The translations under genes were made by a program, and so were the position numbers. Shown in pieces: positions 25,949 through 39,404 of a stretch of DNA of 64,000 nucleotides (the stretch's first letter is position 1; each line of letters begins with the position of its first letter). The stretch spans positions 3,286,001 to 3,350,000 of the forward strand of contig NC_043016.1 of NCBI RefSeq assembly GCF_006345805.1, given 5' to 3'. Source of the DNA: Octopus sinensis (Eukaryota). The notes below the pieces were generated by a model. The model was not told the DNA's origin. It ran no database searches and worked only from the letters and a program-made list of their open reading frames with translations.

Positions 25949-28088
25949 GTAAGTTTTTGTCTTTTTCATATATCACGCACAACAAACAAAGCAGATTATT
26001 CCTATGACCAGGTCAATAACCGAGTTGTTTTGTGTAACTTCATGACAGAATGTCCCTCTGAATTCATGATAGAGTTTTTCTGATATCTAAAGATACATTT
26101 TCAAGAAACCGTTGATGAGGCTGCTTGTAGGGAATATTTTCTTTAGCCTAATGAGAGGACCTATCTGTGACCTTAGGACAGAAAACTTCTGTAATCTATT
26201 GAGAGTTCTCTGTTATCTGTTGATGGAATACGGCCTTCCTCTAATCTTTATCGAGGAATAACTTGCATTTTAGTAAAAAAATATATTTGGTCAGTTTGAA
26301 TGGTAAACTCATCAAACAAAAATTGGTGTATAACAAGTGTAATAGTAAGAAGAATGATGGTGAGTGATATTGAAATGATAACAAGGACCATATTGCTACA
26401 GAATACATTACAAATTGATTTCAAATTTTAGCACAAGGCCAGCAGTTTGGGAGACGGCGTTAAGTTGATTACATCAACTCATGCTCAACTGGTACTTATA
26501 TTATCAACCCCAAAAGATGAAAGGCAAAGATAACCTCGGCAGAATTTTATTCTTGTAGTAGACATTACGTATTGTTATTGAAAACATCACACATTTTATA
26601 GAACATATTACATATTCCCATGACAAATTACATATTTTCATAGAACACATTACATATTGTTGTAGAACATATTGCCTATTGTTATAGAGTATCTTACACA
26701 TCTGTTATAGAACACATTACTGTTGCTATGCAATAGTACATATTGTTGTAAAACATTTTACATACTCTGATAAGAGTGTGTTACGTATTGGTATAGTTAG
26801 TATTACATAATGCTGTAGAATACATTTCATATTGTTACAGAACACACTACATTTGGTAGAACATATTAAATTATTTTCTGTGCCATTATGTGGCTTAAAT
26901 GCATGAAGAGAGGCAGCACTGTGAGCCTTTCCTTGGGTCAATGGAACTGATGGGATGAATGGAGAAAGCTTCTAATTCTTTGAGTGGAGACCTAGTCTTG
27001 ATACTTGTCTCAGAGTGGACTCCTCTAAAATGCATGGGTGAGGTGTTGCTGTTAAATGGACAACAGACTACATTTGCCACTCAAGGACAGTCTCTCTGGC
27101 AGGCTTGCAACACAGTCATTGTTCACCGAATTCCTTTCACAATCCTTTGGCCTATGAGGGCTATGATGACATTTGTACACGGTATTAACTAGAGGGATTG
27201 AACCTGCACTCCTGTGGGTGTGAAGTTAAATCCTTAAACCACTGATCCAATGATAATATGTAAGTGTTGTTTTTGAATACATTACATATTGAGACAATAA
27301 AAGGGTAAAAACCTCCTTTGGTCATGAATGACCATGGGTTTGAACCTAGAAAATTCCCCTCTGAGGCACAAGTCTGGGCATGGTTGTTTTTATGGAAGAC
27401 CAGCAGTCGCTCATGCATACCAGCCTCCACTCTCCATGCCAACGATGTTATCCAAGGGAAAGACAAAGGGGCCAATACAGCTTGGCACCAGTGACATCGC
27501 AACTCATTTCTACAGATGAGTGAAGTGGAGAAACATGAAATAAAGTGTCTTGCACAAGAACACAACACACAGCCTGGGCTGTGAATTGAACTCATAACCT
27601 CATGAGTGTGATCCCTGACACTCTAACCTGTGAGCCATGCACCTTCACATATTAGGACAAGGATACAACTTGATGTCTCATTGTTTCTTCTTGGAAATTC
27701 CATCTTTTCCGCTCCGGGCCCTGGCCACTGCTTCTCTTTATGCGTCATTCCGTCTGTTGCCACCATTCATTCTTCATTTATAACATACATCATTGTTATC
27801 CCCCATTTATGTTGTATGCTTTGGTGTCCTCTCATTTTCTCAGATCCTTTTTATTCAGAATTACATTTCATACAGGTCAATCACACTAATTCCTCTACTT
27901 CCTTTAAATAATTTACACACACATGATTTATATATACGCTGGTAAACAGTTTGAGGAGAAGGGTGGATGGTTATGAGCAGGTTGCTTTCGATCAAAGGTC
28001 ACTCAATCTGATGAGCAGCCCAGGGTTATATACTTAAATAATGATGAAAGTTTAGGAAAATTAAATCTCTTTCTTGAGTAGAGTGGCA

Positions 28089-28488
28089 TAGGTGCAGTAG
28101 TGGCTGTGTGGTAAGTAGCTTGCTAACCAACCACATGGTTCCGGGTTCAGTCCCACTGCGTGGCACCTTGGGCAAGTGTCTTCTGCTATAGCCCCGGGCC
28201 GACCAATGCCTTGTAAGTGGATTTGGTAGACAGAAACTGAAAGAAGCCTGTCGTATATATGTATATATATGTGTGTGTGTCTGTGTTTGTCCCCCTAGCA
28301 TTGCTTGACAACCGATGCTGGTGTGTTTACGTCCCCGTCACTTAGCAGTTTGGCAAAAAAGAGACCGATAGAATAAGTACTGGGCTTACAAAGAATAAGT
28401 CCCGGGGTCGATTTGCTCGAATAAAGGCGGTGCTCCAGCATGGCCGCAGTCAAATGACTGAAACAAGTAAAAGAGTAAAAGAGTAAAA
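28089..28488 (+). mobile_element. CORE-like tRNA-derived SINE; copies near 20570-20915(-), 21710-22100, 28538-29480 (interrupted), 42030-42410, 52340-52710(-), 55280-55650, 60440-60650(-)
   Basis: TGGCTGTGTGG A box, GGTTCAGTCCC B box, ACCTTGGGCAAGT CORE-like motif, internal microsatellite, GTAAAAGA tail repeats. Confidence 0.75.
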
Positions 28489-28932
28489 TAGTTCTGAGAA
28501 ACATCAAGATTTTGGAAAAAAAGTAAATTACAAAACTGTATGGCTGCGTGGTAAGAAGCTTGCTTCTCTACTACATATTTCCAGGTTCAGTCCTACTGTA
28601 TGGAACCTTGGCCAAGTGTCATCTACTATAGCCTTGGGCCAACCAAAACCTTGCAAGTGGATTTTGGTAGACGGAAACTGAAAGAAACCTGTCATATATA
28701 TGTGTGTGTGTATATATATATATATATTGTTTTCTCCCGGACATCAAACTACAGATTTTTCTGTAGTATCTTTACTTGACAATGCACGTGGATAGGCAGC
28801 AGAAGGTGATGAACCTCATTCGTATGTTTTTAAATTCGGCAGTACTGGACGTTGAATATAATCTGTCTGATTCTGTTAGTTGGAGAGGTACATTTGATTC
28901 TTCCAGTGCCTCCGGATTTAATATTGTGAAGT

Positions 28933-29015
28933 CCCATGCTGACTAGGAAAGTGTTCGGGTAAAGTATAAATTCTACATTCTTTATACCGAACTAATTCTG
29001 AAACGCGTACATGGG
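28933..29015 (+). ncRNA. Type I hammerhead ribozyme, G8>U variant, in a ~470-nt insert between two (TA)n tracts
   Basis: CCCATG-CTGACTA-GGAA..GTTCGG..CCGAAC..TTCT-GAAA-CGCG-TA-CATGGG; perfect 6-bp stem I and palindromic CGCG loop. Confidence 0.75.
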
Positions 29016-29195
29016 TAATCAAATATCGATTGATTTTCGTTATTCTTCATCTCTGTCTGCGTGGATTGTTTTCGAGTACTTTGTTTTTGTTTTCGGGAGT
29101 CTCTTTTTAAAGTAGAGGAAATAACTAAGGTTCTCTGGCTGATATATCTAAACTTCAGTGTGTGGTAAAGCAAATCTTTGCTGAACCCTAATTAT

Positions 29196-29241
<46 letters not shown>

Positions 29242-29605
29242 TACATATGTATGTATGTGTGCATGTATGTATTTGTATGTCTGTGTTCGTCCGCCTACCA
29301 TCACTTGACAACCAATGTTGATGTGTTTAAGTCCCTGTAAATGAGTGGTTTGGCATAAGAGACCGATGGAATAAGTACTAGGCTTACAAAGAATAAGTCT
29401 AGGGGTCGATTTGTTTGACTAAAAGGTAGTGCTCCAGCATGGCTGCAGTCAAATGACAAACAAATAAAAAAATAAAAGGATGCAATTATAACACTCCAAT
29501 ACAGGAATTCAAAGAGAAATGAAAGTTCGTTAAGAAGACCTTTAACCATGTCATCTCTTTCCCCTTTTTATTTTATTTATTCATTTCTTTTAATTCCTTT
29601 CTTAG

Positions 29606-29755
29606 CAAGCAGAATTCGATACCCTTCAAGTGAACCTTCGGATGGAATCTATCATTATAAAAGACAGCATGAAGATAGAATGGATCTGTGAGTCTGGCAT
29701 AGTTGACAACATTTCTGAAATGGTGAAAGAATACAAAGAATCTCGGAAGCTGCTG
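29606..29755 (+). CDS. AK7: AK7 exon (QAEFDTLQVNLRMES...KEYKESRKLL)
   Basis: AG/GT, 150 nt; VNLRME and EYK.SR.L motifs. Confidence 0.9.
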
Positions 29756-29835
29756 GTATGCAATTCCTTCATATTACCCATGTTTCTTGTTGAGGTCAAT
29801 GACTTGATATGTCTAATGTCTATAATTCTTTATAA

Positions 29836-29868
<33 letters not shown>

Positions 29869-30184
29869 ACCCATGCTAGCATGGAAAGCGGACGTTAAAC
29901 GATGATGATGATGATGATGATGAGTCTACAAGACACATGCACCCAATTATGGGCCTTATTCAAGATAAAATTCACCATTTTTCTTTTGAAACTTACTCCA
30001 TTTCATTAAGTTCTATTTTCGCAGAGGTTTTAGCCACAGTCTGGTTGTTAATTTATTAAACATAAGCATACACCCACACTCACACACACATATGCACACA
30101 GGCATGCACAATTTCTCTATCTCTTTCTCTGTCTGTCTGTTTCTCTCTCTTTCACACACATTTTTTTTGCTCTTTCTCTCTCTC

Positions 30185-30233
<49 letters not shown>

Positions 30234-30260
30234 CACACACACACATATATATATACATAT

Positions 30261-30319
<59 letters not shown>

Positions 30320-30440
30320 TATATATGTATATATATATGTATGTATATATATATATATATACGTTTAAATATTTGTTGGCTAAACTGGCAAAATGACCAT
30401 TCCGAAATATAACAATATATATATATATATATATATATAT

Positions 30441-30747
30441 GTTTGGTGAAATAGAAAGATGAATAATCTTGTTGCAGATTAATCAAAAGTTTAACCGATA
30501 CCTTGGTAGCAAAAATCACAGCAGAAGAAAGCACGGTTGGAGGTACAACCATATGGTGTTGCAACCGTGCGTTGGTGCGGATAATTGAATTTTAATATTA
30601 TTAGTGAATTGAAGAAATGGAGTTGAACGAAGATTGAACAGAAATCCTTTTATTGCATTCTACACGTGTTTCGAAACACGTGTAGAATGCAATAAAAGGA
30701 TTTCTGTTCAATCTTCGTTCAACTCCATTTCTTCAATTCACTAATAA

Positions 30748-30750
<3 letters not shown>
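30441..30750. mobile_element. Miniature fold-back copy of the 10308-13200 PLE family: tail plus a perfect 156-bp palindrome, in (TA)n
   Basis: 30595-30672 is the exact reverse complement of 30673-30750; 30441-30594 is homologous to 10308-10456. Confidence 0.92.
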
Positions 30751-30780
<30 letters not shown>

Positions 30781-30841
30781 GTGTGTGTGTGTGTATAGTG
30801 AAATGATGGGTGTACATCTGGTTATTTTGTTTGTGTTTCAG

Positions 30842-30970
30842 CCTTTAAGGATTTGCATATTAGGACCCCCTGGTGCTGGGAAGACGACTGTGGCAGAACA
30901 GATCTGTACTGGATATAAGCTACATCACATAAAACTGAAAGAAGTCATCAGTGATTACATACAGAACTTG
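30842..30970 (+). CDS. AK7: AK7 exon with the P-loop (PLRICILGPPGAGKTT...)
   Basis: AG/GT, 129 nt; adenylate kinase GPPGAGK motif. Confidence 0.93.
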
Positions 30971-31326
30971 GTAAGTTTATCGGAACTAGAACAATCTTTT
31001 AATGTTTCTATGTGTTTATCTTTCAAGCTATTTCTCTCTCCCCCCCTCTGTTTTTATTTCTTATGTTTACATTTATTTTTACAGGTTTCTTTCTATTTTT
31101 CCATGTTTGCATGGTTTAGACATGGTTTATATTACTGAACCATTGTTTTATAGCTGGATGCCTTCTAGTCACTGGCTCTTACCTCATTGTTTTATTAAGA
31201 GACAAGTGTTATTTGACAGGTCTCTGAAAACAAGGCATAAAGTCAACAGGGGAAGTGACAAAGGTCTCATTGCTTCTAAGTTAGAGAAGTGCAAATGTAA
31301 ACAAACACACATACTCACACATGTAC

Positions 31327-31367
<41 letters not shown>

Positions 31368-32068
31368 GCATCCCACTTATAAACACATGCATGTATGCAT
31401 GCACACACACACATACACAGATTCATACACGTATAGACAAACACACACACACACACACACACGGATGCTTGCATGCATTCATGCATATTGAATAACATGC
31501 TGCTGCCTCAGCTCCATGTTGTTTAAATGTTCAGAGGTCGGCACACGTACACACCATCAGATGTTTAAAGCCCCAGAGAAAATAAAAGAGATTAAGATGG
31601 TTTTTAGGTAAGAGCATTTAGGCCTTCATTAGTCAGTTCCGGTCATGCCAGACTGGCTGATTCAATTTCATTTTGGAAGTAACATGAGTGTATGACACTG
31701 AGAAGCAGCAACAATGCTGAAATGTGTACCTGTCACTTTTACAATCACTTCTCGTTCTGAAGTATATAGTATATTTAAACACAATACATCTGTTATAGGA
31801 TATTTCCTGGATGGAAAACATAGCTTCGGGCTTTTCAACTACAAAAGTATGTTGAATATGTTATATTGATAATACATCTTTTATCTTTTACCTGTTTGTC
31901 ATTTGACTGCAGCCATGCTGGAGCACTGCTTTGAAAGATTTTAGTTGAACAAATCAACCCCAGGACTTTTTTGTAAGCCTGATTCTTTTTCTATCAGCCT
32001 CTTTTACTTAACCGCTAAGTTATGGGGTTGTAAAATACCATCATCTATTGAGGCACAAACATCAACAG

Positions 32069-32115
<47 letters not shown>

Positions 32116-32544
32116 AATATATATGTATATATGTATTTTTTTATATATATGTATAATTAAAGTTTGCAACATTTAACTTTTTGGGTACCTTAAGACCAGA
32201 CTATCAATTTTTAGGTATTATCGAAAAATCTGTTTTTCCTTACACTAGATGATGGTCAGTCCAGCTCTCTGCCCCTCTCATGACCCGAACACTAGAAACG
32301 TCTTTCATATCAAGTTTTCTGATCAGAAATCTGATGGAAATCCTGATACAGAAATACAGCTGTGAATTCAAAGGGCAGCAAAAGCATTTGGTGGCTTGGA
32401 GTTATGTGTTTGGTGCTAGCGACATATAAATAACAATACAAAGCTGGTTCTTTACAAATCATTTGTCTTACCATCCATGTTATATTCTTGTGAAACATGG
32501 ACTTGTTACGAAAGGCATTTTAAATTGTTAGAACAATTCCACCA

Positions 32545-33280
32545 AAAATGCCTTTATCGCATTTAAAAAATTAAATGGCGTTCTTTTACTCCAAACACAG
32601 ATGTCCTTGCATCTGCAGGCATCACCTCAATTAAAGCTATGATTTTGAGGAACCAACTAAGATGGTGTGGCCATATTTCGAATGGCAGATGAATGCATGT
32701 CGAAACAGCTGTTTTATGGTGAGCTTGCAGAGGGGACAGCATAAAGACTACTATGAATTCCCTGGGGATGGTTCCAGAGGATATAGAAACCCTTGCTTCG
32801 GAATGAGTTGGATGGCAAATAAGGGTATAGAGTGGAGTGGAGTGGAGTGAAAGCATAACACAAGTAAGACTCAAAAGAGATCCAAGGAAGACTGTAACGA
32901 TTGAGAAGGTGAATGACAATGACCTTTTTGTGTGCAGAGTCTGTGACAGATCATGCCTGTCTTTTGCTGGCCCCAAATCTCATCTACAAATGCATGGAAA
33001 ATGAACCTCCACCAACTATTCTGCCCTGATGTCTGTGCACACCTTTGAATGCAGTGTGTGCCAGAAGGTTTGTAAATCCAACAGATGCCTCCAAAGACAT
33101 TTTAAGATCCACAAAGAGCAGAACTTATCTGCAGTGCTTGGTGGTCCAAATCGGTGCAATCTATGTGGGTGTCTTTTCAGAACATTGTCTGATTTAAAAA
33201 ACCACATCAGATGCCATGATGGTTCTAAGACGTAGGTACAGGAGGTGGTCAAACTCTTCATAAGAAGTAGACAACCACTA
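32545..33280 (+). mobile_element. RTE-clade LINE 3' fragment with C-terminal C2H2 zinc fingers
   Basis: ILKIKW..NTDVL..QLRWCGHI..KQLFYGEL followed by three CxxC..HxxxH fingers. Confidence 0.7.
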
Positions 33281-33710
33281 TATATGTATATGACAGGCTT
33301 CTTTCAGTTACCATCTACCAAATCCACTCAAAAGGCTTTGGTTTGGTCAGTATAGTAGAAGACTCTTGCTCAAAGTGCCATGGAATGGCACTGAACCTGG
33401 GACCATGTGGTTGGGAAGCAAGCTTCTTACCACACAACCACACCTGCACCTGTATATAGGAAGAGCATCCAGCTGTAAAAACCAATCCAAAACAGATACA
33501 GTAGCCTGGTGCAGTCTTCTACCTGTCTGGTTCCTGTCAAACTGTCCAACCCATGCCAGCATGGAAGGCAGATGTTAAATGATAATGATGATGATGATGA
33601 TATGTATGTATAATGTATTTATATATATATATAAATATTCATTGTGTTTGTGTGTGCGTGTGTGTGTATAAATCTGTGGGTACTCATTTTAAGAGACTTC
33701 ACATTTGCAG

Positions 33711-33975
33711 ATGGATCTGGAACAGAAGTTAGCTACTGCAAATTTTGAACATGATAGTGATGTAGAAGAAGAAGAGGAAGAAAACCGCATTGAGGATCCA
33801 ACCTCGAGGCTGTACGACATCAACGAGAACAAAGAACAGAATAATCAGAGATTGGATGACAATCTTTTAGTAATGATGGTCAAAGATAAACTCTTGTCAA
33901 AGCGTTGCCAAAACCAAGGTTTTGTTTTAGATGGCTTTCCCAAGACAATAGATCAAGCCAAAATATTGTACGAAG
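33711..33975 (+). CDS. AK7: AK7 exon (MDLEQKL...CQNQGFVLDGFPKTIDQAKILYE)
   Basis: AG/GT, 265 nt; adenylate kinase GFVLDGFPKT signature. Confidence 0.93.
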
Positions 33976-34542
33976 GTAAATTTCTTTACACCACTCCTTG
34001 TGATAGATTTGTCAATGTTTCTTTCATCTTCAAGATTGCTGTAAAGTAGCCGAGTGGATGAGTAAGTTGTGTAAATAGAGCCAGTCATAGTGATACTGAT
34101 ACTCCTATTAAGAAAAAACCAGTCTTGCTTTCTCATCCACTTGGCTGGTTTTTACTGAAAAGGCAGAAAATTGCAAATGGATGAAATAAGTGCTTATAAT
34201 GATATATAAATTGAAGGGAATAGTTCAAACATAGATGGGAGAGCATGACAGACAGACATACAAACAGACAGACTCTGAGAGTTTCTGCATTACTGGCAAA
34301 AATCTCAACACATTTTTGTTATAAACAACCTCTGAGAGGAGGTGAGTTAGGTGAGTGAGAACATGGTTCAAAGAAGCTGTTGTGCTTCTGTAAGATATTA
34401 ACTATTTTTGTGAAAGTGATTAACACTGTGAACAAATAAAAGAACTGATACAGTTAAACAAGCATAATAATAATGATGATGATGATGATGATGATGATGA
34501 CGATGATGACGATGATGATGATGATGATAACAATAATAATAA

Positions 34543-34586
<44 letters not shown>

Positions 34587-34588
<2 letters not shown>

Positions 34589-37500
34589 ACCGGGGGACGT
34601 TTAAGATGTAAGAACAATAAAACAGAGCTCCAAGATCTATCCACAAACATCGAAAACAAGGACATCGTATGGAGCCAAAGATTTACTAACAAAGGATTGG
34701 ACTGTATCCGAGTAAGTAATACTCATTGAAATTTATTACTATTTTCGAAACGAAATGATGTATTTTGACTCGATATCATCTCCACCTCTAACACAACACA
34801 TGTAAACATGTGTGAAACATTACGATCCAAAACACCAGATCATCCCCGACACCAAACACCATGTACAAAGGAACTATGAAGAAATTAAATACCACTGATA
34901 TTATTCAACCCAAGAATAACAATCGGGAGGTACGTACTTTAAACTTACAACACAAAAATGTATGAAAAACTACACGTGCAAAACAATGTGACAACAGAAA
35001 TGAATGCACCGGTACCCTACGAAAATGATGACTGTCAAAATAATGGGCGGGACGTTGTTCCTCATGTCCCGCAAATAAAACCCAAAAGACATAAATGGAC
35101 ACGTGAGGAATACATTTCTATCCTACACGCATACTTCACAGCAGTGCGCTACCCAAAAAATGAAAACACAACAACACATACATATAAAATATGGAAGGAA
35201 AATAACATAAATATAGACTTGGATACAGCAATGAACCCTAATAAATTAGCTAACATATGAAGACTAACATGCAAAGACTAAGCAACTGGAAGGCACCTGG
35301 GCATGACAAGATCCCCAACTTCTGGTTGAAATATCTAACAGGAATGCACAAAAAGCTGGCTGAAAACTTTAACAACAGAGCCAGAGACAATGCCTGAATG
35401 GCTCACAAAGGGGAAAACCATCTTAATTCCCAAATCAAATGAGACAGCAAAACCAGAAAACTACAGACCAATAACCTGTCTCCCTACAATATACAAGGCA
35501 TTTACTGCAGTGATATCGCAAAGGTTGAACAAGCACCTGGACGAAAACAACCTGTTTCCAGAAGAGCAGAAAGGATGCTGCAAAGGCTCATATGGCTGTA
35601 AAGATCAACTAATGATTAATAAAGCCATAACTGAAGACACCCACAGAAAGAAGAAAGGCCTCAGTATGGCCTGGATCGACTACAAAAAGGCGTTTGATAG
35701 CATCCCCCACACATGGATCCTCAAAACACTAGCCATTAACAAAGTAGCACCAACAATTAAAAAATTCATAGGGCACTCTATGAATAAATGGCAAACAGTG
35801 CTACAGCTCCAAATAAAAGAGGGACTCATGAAAACCAAAGCCATCCCCATTAGAAGAGGAATATTCCAGGGAGACATGCTCTCTCCACTCCTTTTCTGCT
35901 TGGCACTGTCACCTCTATCTGATATGCTAAATAGAACTGGATGCGGATATAAATGTTACGGCAAAACGATCAGCTACCTTTTATAAATGGATGACCTAAA
36001 ACTATACGCTGCAAATGACAAACAGCTGGAAACACTATTAAAGACAGTTCATGGATTTACCAAAGAAATAGATATGAAATTTGGATTAGAAAAATGCGCC
36101 AAAGTAACCATGAAAAGAGGAAAACTAGTTAAGAGTAGCAACATCACACTAGATAAAACCAATGAAATAAAAGAATTAGACCAAAGCCAAACTTACAAAT
36201 ACTTAGGAATCCATGAACTAGATAAGACACAACACACACAAATGAAAGAGAAAATAAAAAAAGAATATTATAGACGAGTTAGATCAATGCCAAAAACAAG
36301 ATATTAGGTATTAACACTTTAGCTGTCCCAGTTATAAGTTACAGCTACAATATCCTTAACTGGACACTAAATGAACTGACCAAAATAGATAGGAAAACAA
36401 GAAAAATAATGACAGGATCTAGGATGCATCACCCAAAATCTGACATAGAAAGACTATATATACAACATATAGAAGGTGGTAGAGGCCTAATACAGCTGGA
36501 AAACTACTATAAAATAACCACTGCAAAAATATCTACTTCAGAAGGAAGGAAAACTTATACAAATAGCAGCAAAACATGAGCAAAACAAAAACTGTTCTCA
36601 GTATTTAAGGAAGCTGACAAATACAAACAAGAAATCATACCACCTAATAAATATGAAGAAGATGATGAAGAAACAACAAAAGCTATAAAACAAATGAAAT
36701 CCAAACTAAAAATAGAACAGCAACGAACCATGATAAAACGATGGTAAGAAAAGCCCCTTCATGGTAAATACTAGACTAAACTAAACGCAAAAGAAATAGA
36801 CAAAGAAAAATCCCAGCAATGGTTGAGAAGCTCAGGACTCAAAGCAGAGAGAGAGGGATTTTTAATTGCAGCACAAGACCAAAGCCTCCCCACCAGAAAT
36901 TACCAAAAACATGTAATGAAAAGAAATATAACAAGTAACTGCAGAATATGTTGAGATGGACAAGAAACAATAAATCATATTATCTCTGGTTGCCCAGTCC
37001 TAGCTAAGAAGGAATATATTCACAGACACGACAGAGTTGGAACCTACATACACTGGAAGCTATGCCAACACTATGGAATAACAACAGAAAAAAGATGGTA
37101 TAGGCACACACCAGAAAAGGTCACAGAAAACGAGAAAGCAACCATACTCTGGGATATGCCAATACACACAGACAGAGAAATTAAGGCCAACAAACCAGAT
37201 ATAGTTGTCAGAGATCATGAAGAAAAAAAATGTTTTCTAATTGATGTATCAATACCAGCAGATGACAACGTGTCTCTAAAAGAAATGGAGAAACTCTCAA
37301 AATACAAAGTCCTGGAAATAGAGGTAACCAGAATGTGGAATCTAAAAAAAGAAACAATTCCTATCATAATAGGTGCATTAGGCATGATAAAAAAATATTC
37401 AGACAAATACATAGCAAAAACACCAGGACTTACAAACACATATAACATACAGAAAATTGCACTACTAGGCACCGCACACATCCTACGCAGAACACTTTCC

Positions 37501-37603
37501 ATACAATAACCATCAGAGCTTCACAACAAATCACAGCACATACCCAAGGCACACAGAGCTGCGCTCGGTAGTGAAGTGAAAGCACGATATAAAAAATATA
37601 CTA

Positions 37604-37607
<4 letters not shown>
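34587..37607 (+). mobile_element. R4/Dong-like RLE-encoding non-LTR retrotransposon in (TAA)n, internally deleted and disrupted
   Basis: N-terminal KWTREE; RT motifs KAPGHD, EQKG, IDYKKAFDS, GIFQGD.LSPLLF, MDDLKL; CCHC finger; RLE KPDIVV..LIDVS..KLSKY; TAA repeats on both sides. Confidence 0.9.
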
Positions 37608-37656
<49 letters not shown>

Positions 37657-37662
37657 TAATAA

Positions 37663-38200
37663 GGCAGTGGTTCTCATGGCTTCTGATCTTAACTGATTGG
37701 AAGTGTTATCATGTACATTGTTTTGTCTTGGTATAAAAGATGGGCTACAGCAAATATTCTGCTCAATACCACAGATTTGCTTGTCTGTTGTTTGACCTTA
37801 ACCAGTTGAGCATGTCCCTTAGTGGCTGACGATATGTGCATCTCTGATCACGAGCAGAAGTAGTGGGGGAGCATCATAGCCATGTATTGAGAGGGATTCT
37901 TTGGGGTTTGAATAATTCACCTCTGGAAACATGGGTGTTTTGTTCAACATCCTTAAACAACCCTTATTCAGGGACCTTTTGAGCAGGATGGGTTACTCGA
38001 CCAGAAGAAAACTCTTACTGGGCCCCACCTACAAGGTCATGTGCTGTTTATCTTGATATGAGATCACCATGTCACGCCCATATGGTTGTGATGCATGTCC
38101 CTGGTGCACCCTTATCAGACGGGTAGTCTTGATGGGTATACTGGGCTTCGTATATTTTACCCCAGTGTCACTTTGATGGCATGCACTGCTCTCTCACTCA
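37663..38200 (+). mobile_element. Unclassified ~540-nt non-coding repeat in (TAA)n; second copy 39336-40200
   Basis: Two copies share the 3' end CTCTCACTC-AATAATAA and have different 5' ends. Confidence 0.7.
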
Positions 38201-38551
38201 ATAATAATGAACTCTCCCATCGAAGATGTCCTCTGAGTGTTCAGTCTTTTTGCTGAATGACCTGCACACAAATGATTTGTTTATTGTAATCAAATGTATG
38301 TGTTGTACATTAGCTCACTCTCTCTCTCCCTCAAAACGACGTTACCTGAACAGGTGCAAGGTGTGCCATGTGTCAGGTGTCAAAGTGATTGCAGAGTAAC
38401 ATGAGATGAAGTGTTTTGCTCAAGGACACAATGCAAAACCTGGTCAAGCAATTGAAATTACGATCCTGTGATCATAAGTGCAACACCCTGACCACTAAGC
38501 CGTGCATCCTCACACTACTACTACTACTACTTCCACCACACCACCACCACC

Positions 38552-38608
<57 letters not shown>

Positions 38609-38656
38609 GATAATAATGATGATGATAATAATAATAATAATAATATTAATAATAAT

Positions 38657-38695
<39 letters not shown>

Positions 38696-38744
38696 AACAA
38701 TGATAATTACTATTATTATTATTATCATTATTATTATTATTATT

Positions 38745-39240
38745 GAAAGACTTCAGACAAAGAACATGCCTCCTCATTGATATGACTGTCCCAATCGATA
38801 TAAACGTATCTGTCAAGACCTACCAAAAACTGAGCAAATATAAAGATCTTGAAATAGAAATTAGCAAAATGTGGAACCTGAAAACTAAAACAATGCCTGT
38901 TGTCATAGGTGCCTTGGGAATGATAGCAAAAGGGGTTGATTGCTACCTAACTGAGATATCAGGAAACCCAAAAGTGGCAGAAATTCAAAAGATAGTGCTC
39001 ATGAGAACTGCTCATATCCTACACAAAATACTCTCTATGTAATCTCAAGTTTTAAAACAAACATAATTCTCGTATGTTTTTTTTTTTAGACATTCACTAG
39101 TACAACACTAAATACAAAACCAAATATATGGCATACTAGACATAACAATAACATGAACTTCCAACCTGTTGTCTCTTGAGGTCTCTGGGTCAGACTTGGA
39201 GCCAACTTGTACAAATACAAAGCAAAAGTCAAACAAAGAA
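38745..39240 (+). mobile_element. 3' fragment of a second R4/Dong-like family (RLE end plus 3' UTR)
   Basis: CLLIDMTVP.D...KLSKYKDLEIEI..MW..PVVIGALG; TAA tail. Confidence 0.85.
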
Positions 39241-39272
39241 TAATAATAATAATAATGATGTTGATGATGATG

Positions 39273-39335
<63 letters not shown>

Positions 39336-39404
39336 GATGCAGTACCAGATACTGGCTCTCATTGCTTCTGATTTTAAGTCATTGGAAGTGTTATCATGTA
39401 CATT

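Noticed and set aside
33029-33235. Stand-alone C2H2 zinc-finger gene
   Set aside because: Contiguous with a decayed RTE LINE ORF.
34587-34760. HDV-like ribozyme at the 5' end of the Dong-like element
   Set aside because: Plausible for RLE elements, but no nested double pseudoknot could be identified by eye.
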